This document shows, piece after piece, positions 33,496 to 45,574 of a stretch of DNA of 64,000 nt (position 1 is its first letter; every line of letters starts with the position of its first letter). The stretch is from contig BROI01000007.1 in NCBI GenBank assembly GCA_027923505.1, positions 992,001-1,056,000 of the forward strand. Direction: 5' to 3'. Made by a program: the position numbers and the translations under genes. Source of the DNA: Mayamaea pseudoterrestris. Its lineage: Eukaryota. The notes under the pieces are model-generated. The model searched no databases. It was not told the origin of the DNA and saw only the letters and a list, made by a program, of their open reading frames with translations.

Positions 33496-35127
33496 TCACC
33501 TTTTCGTCGCTTCTTCTTGTTGTTGCCGGCAAGTGTCTCGTAAAATTGGTAGATGCACCGTCAAAAGTCCCAAGCTTTCGGCCAGTTTGCTATTGTCTGC
33601 ATCTCCTGCTTCCTCTTGCTGCTCCATGACTCGTGCATGGATGGGTTGCACCATTTGAATATGATTGTTCAAGCAAACTCGCATTTCATTGATGGATATA
33701 TCGACCGGTAAACCTCGCAGCAAGCAGGCATCGCCAGCTTCATCGTCCGTTAGCATGTTCAACAAGGTAGCACCACCACCATTATCTTCCTGCTCCACTT
33801 CATGCAGCTCATGAATCAGCATGGCGTCGTCTCGCACAATGCTAAAGGCGGCGCGACGAATTTGTCGCTTCAGCAACGATTTCATGGTACACTTTACGAC
33901 CAGCGAGGCAAACGTGGGAGGTAGTCGCTGATGAATGCCAATGGCCAGTGCAAGCTGCTCCAAGTGTTCGCGCGACAGACCGTCCAGTGACGACAAAGCG
34001 CCAGGTGCACGGAGACGCGGCTCAGTGTGACGCACGACGGCGTGTGAATCTTGCGGCGCGTCCTTGCGAGACGAGTCGCTGAAGGCGTCCCAGAGCGGCA
34101 TGAGATTTAGCAGGGGCCCTGCCGCGTCTTGTCCAGAGACCTCCATTAGTGCAATACCTGCTGCTGCAGAACTCGTTGTCGTTGCCACCGCGTCTGTTGC
34201 TTCCGCAGCAGCAGCGTCATCATGATTCGTCATTTTCTGCAACACTAGTTTTGCTACACGCTGGTACACCAATTGCCGCTGCTGCAGCTCTAGATTACGA
34301 TACAGTTTCACTTCATAATCGTTCCAAAAGTGCCGCGACAAGACTTGGCGGGGCGCCATAAAGCTCAAAAACATTGGCAAGTATCCAACAATGGGCAGCA
34401 GCCACACCAAGACGAGCGGCGACACAATGGACAAGTCTTGCTGGAGGCGTCGCTGCTGCTCGAGCTGGCGGCGGGGAATGCGGCCTGGTGGTGGTGGTTG
34501 CGTGGAGTCTTTGGTGAGCGAGGAGAGCAAGCTGGCGTCACTGGCGTTCAAACTCAGCAGCATAATATCAACTGCTGCTGTATCTGCTGCTGCATTATCA
34601 TCGGCACCATTCGCTATACCATTTACCTCATTCTTGACTCGCTTTCGTCTCAGCGGATGGTCGATGGTCCAGGCGTTCATCTTGGTGTAGCTAGCGTCGC
34701 GAATGCTGCGACACAGTACCCACTCCTTGTAGAGCTGCTGGACGGCCACGGGGAAGCGCTTGGCACGTTCGATGACCGTCATTGGTCGCGCGGCGTCATG
34801 GCAAATGTTTACAATGGTGGAAGCAGCAGTGGTAGTTTGTGACAATGTAGGTGCAGGTGGTACCGATAGAGATTCGTCAGCTGTGCTGCTGCTGCTGCTG
34901 CTTTCAGTCACACCGCTCTCACCAAGATTCTTATTACTAGGTTCCGTCTTGATCGACAGCATGCGACTCGACGACATTGCCGCCAGACGAACAACGTTCG
35001 ATTGATTGAGCGCGTAATGCTGGGGCAAATGGACGCGCTGCAAGCCGCGGCTCGTCAGCCGCGTCGTGGTGCTCAGCACGACAATGCAGCAGCCGACGGA
35101 TCGGCGGTTCAGTGAAACGATGGACAT
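33496..35127 (-). CDS. LETM1-like (LETMD1-type) mitochondrial protein
   Basis: RRQLEQQRRLQQDL...LPIVGYL.....APRQVLSRHFW, LDGLSREHLEQLA, RDDAMLIHE, ACLLRGL. Presequence-like N-terminus. Confidence 0.75.
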   Translation of the reverse strand: MSIVSLNRRSVGCCIVVLSTTTRLTSRGLQRVHLPQHYALNQSNVVRLAAMSSSRMLSIKTEPSNKNLGESGVTESSSSSSTADESLSVPPAPTLSQTTTAASTIVNICHDAARPMTVIERAKRFPVAVQQLYKEWVLCRSIRDASYTKMNAWTIDHPLRRKRVKNEVNGIANGADDNAAADTAAVDIMLLSLNASDASLLSSLTKDSTQPPPPGRIPRRQLEQQRRLQQDLSIVSPLVLVWLLPIVGYLPMFLSFMAPRQVLSRHFWNDYEVKLYRNLELQQRQLVYQRVAKLVLQKMTNHDDAAAAEATDAVATTTSSAAAGIALMEVSGQDAAGPLLNLMPLWDAFSDSSRKDAPQDSHAVVRHTEPRLRAPGALSSLDGLSREHLEQLALAIGIHQRLPPTFASLVVKCTMKSLLKRQIRRAAFSIVRDDAMLIHELHEVEQEDNGGGATLLNMLTDDEAGDACLLRGLPVDISINEMRVCLNNHIQMVQPIHARVMEQQEEAGDADNSKLAESLGLLTVHLPILRDTCRQQQEEATKR

Positions 35128-35451
35128 GCTACAAATAATGGAACGTGTCGTCTCGGTTTAACAGTAGCAGTGATATATGTAGTCCACGCAATGATGACGA
35201 CAAATTGATGAGTGGAAAGTGGAACCATGCGCGCGCACCATGGTTGCGCTCCGAGATTCGACGAAACTAGTTGGCGGTCTTTTTCAGCACTGGAGATCGC
35301 ATCAACGATGAATCTTGATCGCTCAAGAGTAGCTGACGACTGTTGTTAACCGGTCCGACATCCGTTTCTGGCGCGACCACCACCAAGCAACATCACACAA
35401 CGACAACAAACGACGAGTGAACAACAACAAAAGTAAACCATTATTATCACA

Positions 35452-35841
35452 ATGTCACATAGAAAGCCGCATCACATTCTTCGCAGCATGCTACGACTCG
35501 TCAAGACGCCCGCGCTTCCCGCGGAGCTGCTGCAGAAGCACTCCGCGACGCAGGCGCAATATAGCAACAATGTTCGCACCATGGTGCTGCAGGAGTATCG
35601 ACAAGGCGGCAGCGCTAAACAACAACAAGATGTTACTGATACCACGGCGACTCATGCAGACAGTAACAATACGTCGTCACGCTTACTCTTTCGCTACCAC
35701 GAACTGCTGCAAAACCTGCACGAGCGCCAGCGACTGTTTGATTTGGACCAGGGCGCCGAGGAGCGCTTCTCGCCCATGGAGCTGAGTCGACGGGCGGCGG
35801 CGCGGGCGGGACTGCAGCTGCCGGAGAGTTACTCGTCGTAG
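35452..35841 (+). CDS. FMC1-like (LYR-related) mitochondrial ATP synthase assembly factor
   Basis: ILRSMLR N-terminus and GAEERFSPMELSRRAAARAGLQLP C-terminus resemble FMC1. Confidence 0.55.
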   Translation: MSHRKPHHILRSMLRLVKTPALPAELLQKHSATQAQYSNNVRTMVLQEYRQGGSAKQQQDVTDTTATHADSNNTSSRLLFRYHELLQNLHERQRLFDLDQGAEERFSPMELSRRAAARAGLQLPESYSS

Positions 35842-36255
35842 TGTAGAGAAGTGAAATAAGAAAGGAGGCGGCGAAACGATCAGAAACGCATTTGGAGATG
35901 TAAATGATGCTACTGAATACTGAATGAAAGTTACAAACGTGCATAATGCAAGCAATAGGAGGGCTCTTACATGACGCTCAAAGTATGATATAGCATCTCA
36001 ACATGCGACTTCTTATATGTTTGCTGAGCCGGTTTGCGCAAAATTGAACGGGCGATTGTATGTATGGTGCGCGCGTCCGTCCAAATCGCCTTTGAAGTTA
36101 TACTTTTGCAAGAGCGGACAATGGCGTCATAAATGTTATGTCTACAGTTACTCCAGATCGTCTGGTTGATATCAAGCGAGCAAAATAGTTGCGCGCGTCA
36201 AGCCGTGTAAAGCGCTAAAGGTGTTGGCGTCACTAGTCTCTCGCCTCTTTGACAA

Positions 36256-37323
36256 TCATTGCTTCTTTACGCGAATCTCCACTCCAATGGGCATGTGATC
36301 GGACGGATGCGTTGCGCTCGGCCAGGCGTAGCAGCGATTCTGGCGCAACAATCGTTCGCGTCCAGTTGGCGAAAGCCTCATTTCCGACGCATGAATCGCA
36401 TCAGGCTGCCATGGAACCGTTTCGACTGACTCTGAAGTGAAAATGTAATCCAGAATACAGCCTGTTCGAAACGTAGGTGGCTGTAAATAGTAACTGTCGG
36501 TGAGAGAATCCATGGCTGTTCTGTGAACATCAATCAACGGTAGATATGGCAGCTGTTGTTGCTTTTGCTTCGACTCCTTGAAACAGTCGACTCCGGGTTG
36601 ATCAAACGCGTTATTGCCTTTCGACAAGAGATGATAAATGTTGCTTGTTCGATTCATGTTAAAGTCTCCCATGAGCACAATACTTGGTTCAGTGTCTGTT
36701 AAAAATAGCGACTGCAGATGGTGCGTCGCTTGGACCTGGATGCGCCGCAGCAAGGACCGGATTTGAAAGTATCGCTGCTCCTCCGCTTGGCCATTCCTGC
36801 CTGCTTGAAAGTGTACGTTTGCCAAGAACAAAATCTCCTGCGATTGCGACAGTCTTAAGGCTGCCAGCAAGGCTCGCGATCTAGATTCGACGGCTAGTAC
36901 TTGAGCCGTCTGCGGCCGGTAGAGAATCGCCATGGCAACTGGATGTTTTCGAGTCACATTCTGAAGCAACTCGCAATTGTATCCAAGATTGCTGCAATTC
37001 AAGGCAAAGGATGGCCAGTGCGAAAGCTGAACTTCTTGCAGACAAACAATGTCAGCGTCGAATGCAGCGATTCGATCTAAAATTCGATCGGAGCGTATCG
37101 ACCAATCCAAGTCACGAGCCAAGGTTTCTGGATATTTTTCAGGCTTGGCATATGTGTCAGCTAGAATGTTCCAGCTCACAATGCGAATTGAATCGTCGGG
37201 AGCTTTAGTTAAGGTGCCAAGTGCGTCTGTAAAGCAGACGAATGACACCTCAAATCGCCAAAGAAATGACAGAGCAAGTAAACTCCAAACTTTCCATCTC
37301 GATTTAAATGAATTTAACCTCAT
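36256..37323 (-). CDS. CCR4/Angel-like endonuclease/exonuclease/phosphatase
   Basis: IVSWNILADTY, ADIVCLQEVQ, MGDFN, LDYIF, HPSDHMPI. Confidence 0.85.
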   Translation of the reverse strand: MRLNSFKSRWKVWSLLALSFLWRFEVSFVCFTDALGTLTKAPDDSIRIVSWNILADTYAKPEKYPETLARDLDWSIRSDRILDRIAAFDADIVCLQEVQLSHWPSFALNCSNLGYNCELLQNVTRKHPVAMAILYRPQTAQVLAVESRSRALLAALRLSQSQEILFLANVHFQAGRNGQAEEQRYFQIRSLLRRIQVQATHHLQSLFLTDTEPSIVLMGDFNMNRTSNIYHLLSKGNNAFDQPGVDCFKESKQKQQQLPYLPLIDVHRTAMDSLTDSYYLQPPTFRTGCILDYIFTSESVETVPWQPDAIHASEMRLSPTGRERLLRQNRCYAWPSATHPSDHMPIGVEIRVKKQ

Positions 37324-37541
37324 GGTAACAAGAGATTCAATATTATATCATGTTTACATGACATGAGGCGACCACATTAACTACAAGTGGCAGCTTGGGT
37401 CTCGCAATCTTCATGGTGGAGCGTTTGAAGTGAAGCAAATATTTGTCTTTTCTGTGCCGCTTTGACGTTTTTTCATTGCCGTTTTCTTCGAAGATTCGTC
37501 GCCTCATCAACGCGCGCGAGGATCGCGACTCGGAATCGACC

Positions 37542-38621
37542 ATGGCGTCCCCTCGTAACGGCCGACCATCAGTGAGATCATATGCTCTCTCGATATCATT
37601 GCTCTTCATCTTGATTGCAGCTATTCTTGTCTCCGCCAGTGCCTTGTCAACGCCGCATAGTCTTGTGAGTAGTCGACGACAATCCGCCATCCTTAATCAT
37701 TTGCAATCATCCTTTGCTCGTCATAGACATTCTACCGTCATGGGAGCGGCAGTGTCTACCCAAAGTCCATCTTCGTTCACAAAGAAATATTTCAATGGAA
37801 AGAATGTGTTGTTGACTGGAGCTTCTGGTGGTCTCGGAAAAGCCTTGGCGCTGCAATTGGCGCAATCTGGAGTGTCGACTCTCATTCTTTCGGCACGCAG
37901 CCAGGCAGCACTGGACCATGTCGCCCAAGAATGTCAAGCTAGCAGCGTCAACGAGTTGACCATTCATTGTATCATTTGTGATTTATCCGATCCAGATTCA
38001 GTCGCGTTGTTGGCGACCAAAGCACTCGAAGTTTGTTCCCATCGAATCGACATGCTCATCAACAATGGCGGCGTTTCCAGCCGGTCCAGCTTCCTAGAGA
38101 CATCGTCAGACGTGGACAGACTCGTCATGCAAGTCAATTTTTTGGCCGGCGCAGCCTTGGCCAAGCAACTGGTGCCAGGCATGGTGCAACGAAACCATGG
38201 TCGCATTGTGTGGATCAGCAGCGTCCAGGGACTGCTTGGAATACCTTATCGCTCCAGCTACGCCGCCTCCAAGTTTGCCGTGCAAGGCTACTGCGAATCG
38301 ATTCGCGCCGAACTGGCTGGTGCCGGAGTCAAGGTGACTGTTGTTAGTCCTGGCTATATAAAAACAAATTTGTCCAATTCTGCCATTACTGGTGACGGAA
38401 GCAAGTACGGCAAGACGGACGAAACGACGGCAGCTGGCGCCGACCCCGTGGAGGTTGCGACTACAATATTGAATGCGGCTGCCAAGGGGCAGGCGGAGCT
38501 TGTGGTGGCGGCTGGATTATCGGCCAAGGTTGCCATTTGGCTGCGCTTCCTGTTTCCGTCGTTGCTTCGTCGTATGCTGATTAAACGATACGAAAAGGCA
38601 TCAAAGATAAAGGCGGACTAG
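37542..38621 (+). CDS. Short-chain dehydrogenase/reductase (DHRS7-like)
   Basis: TGASGGLG, INNGG, YAASK catalytic motif, SPGYIKT; N-terminal hydrophobic segment. Confidence 0.9.
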   Translation: MASPRNGRPSVRSYALSISLLFILIAAILVSASALSTPHSLVSSRRQSAILNHLQSSFARHRHSTVMGAAVSTQSPSSFTKKYFNGKNVLLTGASGGLGKALALQLAQSGVSTLILSARSQAALDHVAQECQASSVNELTIHCIICDLSDPDSVALLATKALEVCSHRIDMLINNGGVSSRSSFLETSSDVDRLVMQVNFLAGAALAKQLVPGMVQRNHGRIVWISSVQGLLGIPYRSSYAASKFAVQGYCESIRAELAGAGVKVTVVSPGYIKTNLSNSAITGDGSKYGKTDETTAAGADPVEVATTILNAAAKGQAELVVAAGLSAKVAIWLRFLFPSLLRRMLIKRYEKASKIKAD

Positions 38622-38801
38622 ACATTATATGGCAATTATAAGAAAGTACGTGATTATATGTTTTGCGCTGGCTTTTACAATACTACTTGCCATTAGTTAG
38701 CTCCATTCCCATCTGCAAATCGCAACGGTACTGATACGACACGATCATGCTTCGCGCTCGAACGCCATTCGTTTTTCTTCCATTTTCCTTCCAACTTGAC
38801 C

Positions 38802-41246
38802 ATGGCGAAACTCAAGAAGCAGCAGCGGCCAAGGGTGTCATCCGAACCTCCCAAACGAAAACATCAGCTCGAACAAGAAGTCATTGATATTCTCAATCAG
38901 CGAATTGCAGATGAATCACCTGCGCGAGGCTATGCTCCGCCACTTTCGCAAACCATGGCCTTTCGGGCCTTGCCCATTTCCGAAACAACCTTGCGTGGAC
39001 TGGAAAGCGCCAAGACTCCCTTCACCATCATGACGGCCATTCAAAACTCTTGCATACCGCATGCGCTTGCTGGACGAGATATCATGGGGGCTGCGAAGAC
39101 TGGAAGGTGAGTTGTCTCGGGTGATGACTCTGCCACGGAAACAAATGCAACTTGCGTATTGGGTCGAGTGCGTAGAGACATTGCTAGCTAACATTTCAGA
39201 GCGCTGACAAATCTTACTCAATATTTTCGCAGCGGCAAGACTTTGGCCTTTGTTGTTCCTGCGTTGGAGTCCTTGTATCGCCACAGAATTTCACCAGCGG
39301 ATGGAACGGCCGCAATACTAATGTCGCCGACGCGTGAGCTTGCCGTCCAAATTTTCCATGTACTCCGAACAATTGGCAAGTATCATTCATTCACAGTTGG
39401 CTTGCTGATTGGCGGAAAGAAGGACTTTTACGAGGAGCAGGATCGACTAGCTACCACGAACATTGTCATTGCCACTCCAGGACGACTGCTTCAGCACTTT
39501 GAACAAACGCCCCACTTTGACTGCACCGAGCTCAAAGTACTTGTGCTGGACGAATGCGACAGAATTCTAGACATGGGCTTTCGGCAGCAGCTAGTTCGTA
39601 TCCTTGACTATTTGCCAAAGGAGCGGCAGACTCTTTTGTTTTCGGCCACGCAGACGCGCGACGTGTCTCACCTGGCAACCCTGTCGCTGGTGCAACCCGA
39701 ATATTTGGGAGTCCACGACAAGGAAAAGTCGGTGACACCAGAGTCTTTGGAGCAGTCCTACATTGTCCTTCCGCTGGAGCACAAGTTGAACGCTGTCTAC
39801 TCCTTTATCAAGTCGCACTTGAGGCACAAGACGATTATATTTTTGGCATCGTGCGCGCAGGTCCGACATGCCTACGAGTTCTTTTGTTTACTGCGGCCCG
39901 GTTTGCCAATCATGGCGTTGCACGGCAAGCTGAGTCAAGAAAAGCGCACGCACATTTACTTTGACTATTTGAATCGCCCAAAGGCTGTACTGTTTGCGAC
40001 GGATATTGCTGCTCGTGGATTGGATTTTCCAAACGTCGATTGGGTCGTTCAGGTGGATGCGCCGGAGGATCGCGACATGTACATTCATCGCGTGGGGCGC
40101 ACGGCTCGCTACAGATCCGGCGGCAAGTCACTCTTGTTGCTGACGCCGTCGGAAGAGAAGAATGGATTCTTGAACATGATCCAGGGCGACAACAACAAGA
40201 AAACAGTTAAGATTCCGTTGAAAAAGTTGAGCGTCAACCCCGACAAGGCCGTCGTTGTTACGCAGCGTGCAGCGTCCTTGGTTGCATCCAATTTAAGCTT
40301 GAATTTACAAGCCAAAAAGGCATATAAGAGCTACGTTCGGTCCATTGCATTGATGCCTCGCAAGGATATATTTAAGGTGGATGATCTCACAGTCGATGAA
40401 TACGCCAAGTCGTTGGGCTTGGCGTCGACCCCCAATCTACGATTTCTCAAAGCTCAGCAACTAGACCGAGACTCGGCACGAGAAAAAAAGAATGTCAATT
40501 ATAAGCTGCAACGACTAAAGGAGCAGATTCGGGTGGAGAAGCTGACGAGGAAGCTTCAAAAGATGGGCAAGTCTGACGATGAAATCAAACTGGCGTTGGC
40601 TGCTGCCGAGATCAAGGATGCTGCGCCAGATCGCGACAATGTCGTCAAGGATCAGTCTGGTACCGCGAAAGGCGGCGACGACAGCGACAGTAGTGATGAC
40701 GATGACGTTTTGGTCCCCAAGTCTGAGCAGACTTGGCAGGCGGATTTGGACGACAGCGTGCCGTTGGTGGCGGCAACGGAGAGTAGTCGACACCCAAAGA
40801 AGATTCGAATTGAAGGATCAAATCTGAACAATTCACGAATTGTATTTGACGATGACGGCGAGGCGGCTGACTTGATTCTCGACCAGGCGGCAGTAGAAGG
40901 CCAGATTGGCGACGATAAGCAAAACTTGGCGAATGCAACGGAACACTATGCGCAAAAGGTACGGGAACGCTTGAAGAACAATGCTGAAATGGATCAAAAT
41001 GAAGAACAAGAACGCGTCAATCAAAAGCACAAGAAACGTCGTCTTTTGGAAAAGATGGAGCGACAGGAATCACAAGGACCGGAGGCAACACTGGGTGCAG
41101 CGGATGATGAGTCTTCCGCCAGCTCTCAATCTGCTGCAAGTAGTGATAGTAGTAGCGCAAGCGATTCTGGGGACGAAGACTCGGGTGATGACGGTGTCGA
41201 TCTTCGGACGCAGGAGGAGCTGGCGCTTAGCTTAATTCGCGGATAA
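38802..41246 (+). CDS. DBP4: DEAD-box RNA helicase DBP4/DDX10, exons 38802-39106, 39233-41246
   Basis: AKTGS|GKT after splicing, PTRELA, TPGRLLQH, DECDRILDMGF, SATQT, ARGLDFP, HRVGRTARY, A.KAYKSY.RS and charged tail. Confidence 0.9.
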
Positions 41247-41548
41247 GCGCAACTTAAGTAAAACTTATAAATGGAAGTAGTGTCCTGTAGATCTACGGTA
41301 ATTAGTTGCTGGTAGCCAATGCTGAATTGCTTGCATAACTTACAGATTGCCACTGAAGGCATGATTGCGAGCTAAAACCGTGACCGAAAACGACGCGGCT
41401 GGCGTGCTTCGCGGTACTCGAACGGAAATTCGTTTCGTCGAGCACATTCTTTCGCGACGCGACTGAACAAGGATCACAAAGCTTGGAGGTGCTTTCGATC
41501 AAAACCTTTGCTCAAAATACTCTTACGGCTATTTGAACTCATTCAAAA

Positions 41549-43438
41549 ATGATTTCTGCATCGAGTATCATGTCTGGGGACAGGCGAAGCATCACCGTCG
41601 ACTCCGACATGGAGGAAGCAAGCGATGGAGACGTCAAGAATGACAGTCGAGGTGGTCAGGAGAAACCTTCCACTGCAGCACCGGCTGGGTTGAATAAGAG
41701 CCAATCCAAGGGGAAGCCAAACCAAGGCAATACGAAGAAACAGGAGCAGCAGCAAGGTGCGAAAGAGAACTATCCAGTCTATCAGCCATCACCAATCCTT
41801 TCCAAGCCGAGCTTTGAAGCAGCAGCCATGCCGAACGAAGAAGCAGCGGATTCACCGACGACAAGCAAGAGAAAGAGTCACAAGTGTCTCTGGCTGGCAT
41901 TACTCTGCATTATCTTGATCGTAATAGCTGTTCCGATTGCTGTCGTTTTGACCAGGAACTCTCGCGATAATGGTAACGCTACTAGCTCGAGTCAGAGCGC
42001 CGACTCGTCCAAAGGCGGAACCGAAACAACGGACAATACCTCAGGTGGAGGAACGACTTCTAGCAATGGTGATGGTGAGTCAAGCAGTGGTGCTACCAGT
42101 AGTCCGACGTCTGCGCCGTTGAAAGACTCGCCCATGCTTCGTGTCATTCAGTCCGTCACATCGGCAGAACTCTTGGCGGACTCCACCACGCCTCAAGCCA
42201 AGGCTGCGCAGTGGCTCGTGGATAACGAAGGCACTTATGACTACCAAGGAAGTGACTCGAATCGCTTGCAGCGATACGCCTTGAGCGTCTTGGGGTTCGC
42301 TCTATTTCCAGTCGGCGTTGACGTTCCGCTCTTTGGAGATGCAGCCGACAGTGAATGCGAGTGGCGCGGCGTTTACTGTGGCACGGTCAGCAATGCTACT
42401 TTGAATGGCACAAACTACTGGACAATGATTGCCAACGAAACAAACAGCAGTTCTGGTGTCATTACGGAGCTCGTTTGGGCGCAGCAAGAGTTGAGTGGCA
42501 GCATTCCAACTGAAATTGCGTTGCTGAGTTCGCTCGAGTACCTTGATTTTGGAGAGAATGCATTGACTGGCACAATCCCAGAGGAGATCTTTAGCCTTTC
42601 CAGTTTGCAGCGCTTGTTTCTTCAAAACAATCAACTGCAAGGCACTCTTTCAGAAAGTTTTTCGCAACTCGGACGCTTGGTGACCTTTTACGGCGGCAAT
42701 AATCTTTTTACAGGTGCCATTCCACAGGGCTTGGGATCCGCGGCTACAGGAACTGCCTACGTCAGGCCGCTGCGTAAGTGAAACTGATATGGTTACCTGG
42801 CGTTTGAGCAATTTTCTGACTCTAACATCATTCGCCCTTTATACAGGCTATTTGAGTCTCCACAGGAACCAGCTCGTAGGAACAATTCCTATCAACATGA
42901 ATCTACGCGAATTGTACTATATGGACCTGAGCTTCAACAATTTGACCGGTGGTATCCCCCTAGATTGGATGGAGGGCCGAGACACTGTGTCAACCTTACA
43001 TCAGTTGTATCTTGACCATAATAAACTGTCTGGGTCGCTTCCGACAAGCTTGGCAAGCCTTGGAAACGGTCGAGTGGAACAACTGTTTCTATCGGACAAT
43101 CAGTTCTATGGAACATTTCCGGCAAATTACCAGGATGCAGACTTTTTGCAACAGCTTGAAATGTAAGTGCACTCTTTGGCTAATCTCAAGGGTTCAACAG
43201 GCTCGTGTCACTCACGATTTGCTTTTATAGTCAGCGCAACCTTTTCACAGCCATTGATCCGAATCTGTGCTATCAGCTCGTCTTTGAAGGAGGTGAAGGT
43301 GAGTTTGATGCATATCGATCTATCTTGAGAATAACGATGATCGACTCACGCGCCTCATTACTTTGTACAGTGGTCAATTTTAAAGCGGACTGCGCGGTGT
43401 GCACTTGCACTTATGAGTGTGACCAGTGCGTCGTTTAA
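41549..43438 (+). CDS. Type II membrane leucine-rich-repeat protein, exons 41549-42773, 42847-43162, 43231-43298, 43371-43438
   Basis: TM helix, TPQAKAAQWL, QRYAL, ECEWRGV.C, repeated N.L.G.IP LRRs, C-terminal ADC...C.C..C. Confidence 0.85.
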
Positions 43439-43635
43439 AAGAATACAATGAGTTGCATGGTACAGTAGGCAATTATCCGAAAAATGGATATCTGACAAAG
43501 AGTAGCTGCGCAAGCGCCTCGTCACAATCGGCATGTATAACAATGAGATTGCTGACTATATATGTTCACTTTGACTGATAATGTAAAGCAATGCGGTACA
43601 GTACCGCTTATCCGCTCATATGAACTCGCTGCACG

Positions 43636-44942
43636 TTATAACAGTATGTCAGCAAGATGTGTTAAAGAGGGGACAATCAAGCCATTCAAATCCTTCTCAG
43701 TCGACACTTGTCCAAAGACAAATAAGTCGTTTCGCACTAACGTATCGGCTGGCAAGTGAGACATTGGAGCAGACTTAAAAACCAGTGAACCTTCATCCTC
43801 ACTCAATGGAAGGCCAATACGTACTCCAAATGCTAGGCTGGCGCTTTCTGTATCATCGTTCTTCGCAAGCGAGGCGCATTTCGTATCATGCCATAAAGCT
43901 TCGGATGAGCCGCCATTCATCGCATCCATGCTCTTGTTGTCACGCGTAAATTGCAGCAACCGCACAAGATCCTGCCCCGATACACCTTCCGCCTTGGCAA
44001 AGCTCACATTGTAAACGTTCAGTGCCATGTATTGCATGTACGACAAGGAGCTTGCCATGAGGCAGCGAGCCAGAGAGCCAAAACAAGAGTCAAGCTGTCG
44101 TAGCTGACGGAGCGCTGCGTGCCAATGGCCCAAGTGTACATTGGCCGTCAGCTGCAGCGCCCATTGAAATAACGGATACTTGGAATGTTGCGTTAATGTC
44201 GCATGCTTTCGATGTATTGTATAAATAGATTGTAAACCAGATGGGTGGTCGTCGCCAAGAAAGTTCCCAGGTTGGTGTTGCTGATGTTGGAGAAACCCAT
44301 TCAAAGCGACAAGTGTCGAAAAGGCAAGCATTTCATCGTCCCACATGCAATTAGTACTCTCAGCGTCGTCTTGAGAATTCCAATAACTAGACAAGGCAGT
44401 CTCCAACGCATCACGCCCATACTTGTGTTGATATTCCAAAGTATCGGCCATGAGGTAAAGAATGAGCACTTGGCAACGTGCCATGCGATGCTGCAAACGT
44501 TTGGATCCAGTGCGGGACACGACCAGATCAACTTGAACAGCTCTCTGGGCATATTAAAAAACATTTGGACCCATGAGTGTCTGTAATCTTTTAATCAATA
44601 AAATTCATTATTCATTCATTACTTTCTTACCAAACGATCCTCGACAAAATTTGCCGTGTCCAGCAGACTCTGCCTCTCATGGTTTGGCGTCGACCTTCTA
44701 TCTACGAGCAATTGCATTAGATGAGTGACCGTCAACTCCAGTTGCGTCAAGCTTCGAATAGGAAACGCTCGCTTCGTTCCAGCCGCCGACCGCCGATACT
44801 TTTGCACCGCCAAGGCTGGATCAATGATTCGTTTCTGCATTGGCACAGTCGGATCGACACACTCGAATATTGAAACCTCCTTGTTGGCTTGACGCTCCTG
44901 GCACTCCTGCAGTGAGCACATGCTATATGGAGACGTTGACAT
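43636..44942 (-). CDS. SAC3/GANP family protein, exons 44942-44631, 44544-43636
   Basis: MCSLQECQERQ, AVQKYRRSAAG, FVEDRL|RAVQVDLVV joined across a canonical intron. Confidence 0.8.
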
Positions 44943-45574
44943 GATTGAAATGCGTTGCTGAAGAGTTTTGTGAGGTTGGATGTGGCTCGCGTCGCCTTCA
45001 TCGGATCGCCAATCGATTGGCTGCCCGCTGCGACGGAAAATGCGCGCCAGCATATCGGCTCGCACGATCGGTTCATGACGGGTCTGGCTCGTGCTACCAT
45101 CGCATTGCTGACGCGCGCAAACGTGGCTGGCGCGAGTAACAGCGCTAAGTAGGTTTACGACTCTAGCTAAATAAATCGACAATGCCGATGAATCTTCCTA
45201 AGTAACTCAATTTTCCTTCAACATCCGGGTTAATCCGCCATTGTATCCGTCCCGATTGCCGGCGATGCAAACGCACGCGAAACGCCGTCCTGGCCGCGAG
45301 CAGGCATTACGTTGCATCGAGCTTGCGGTGTGCACCGGCCTGGCCAGCTTTTCGTATACATTGCTTGCTCGCGCTTGCTGAAGTAATTTGTGATATACAG
45401 CACATCCTATATTTGCGATTACCAGTAGTAGACCAAGACTACTACTGCAGCAGCGCACCGACTCGCGCTCGCACCAAGCCACCGAACTCTCACACTGTCA
45501 GCCTCTCACACGAGCGCCGGTATTCTCACCCGAGCGAGACGGCCATCATTTTTTTGAATTCCCTCCAATCAATC

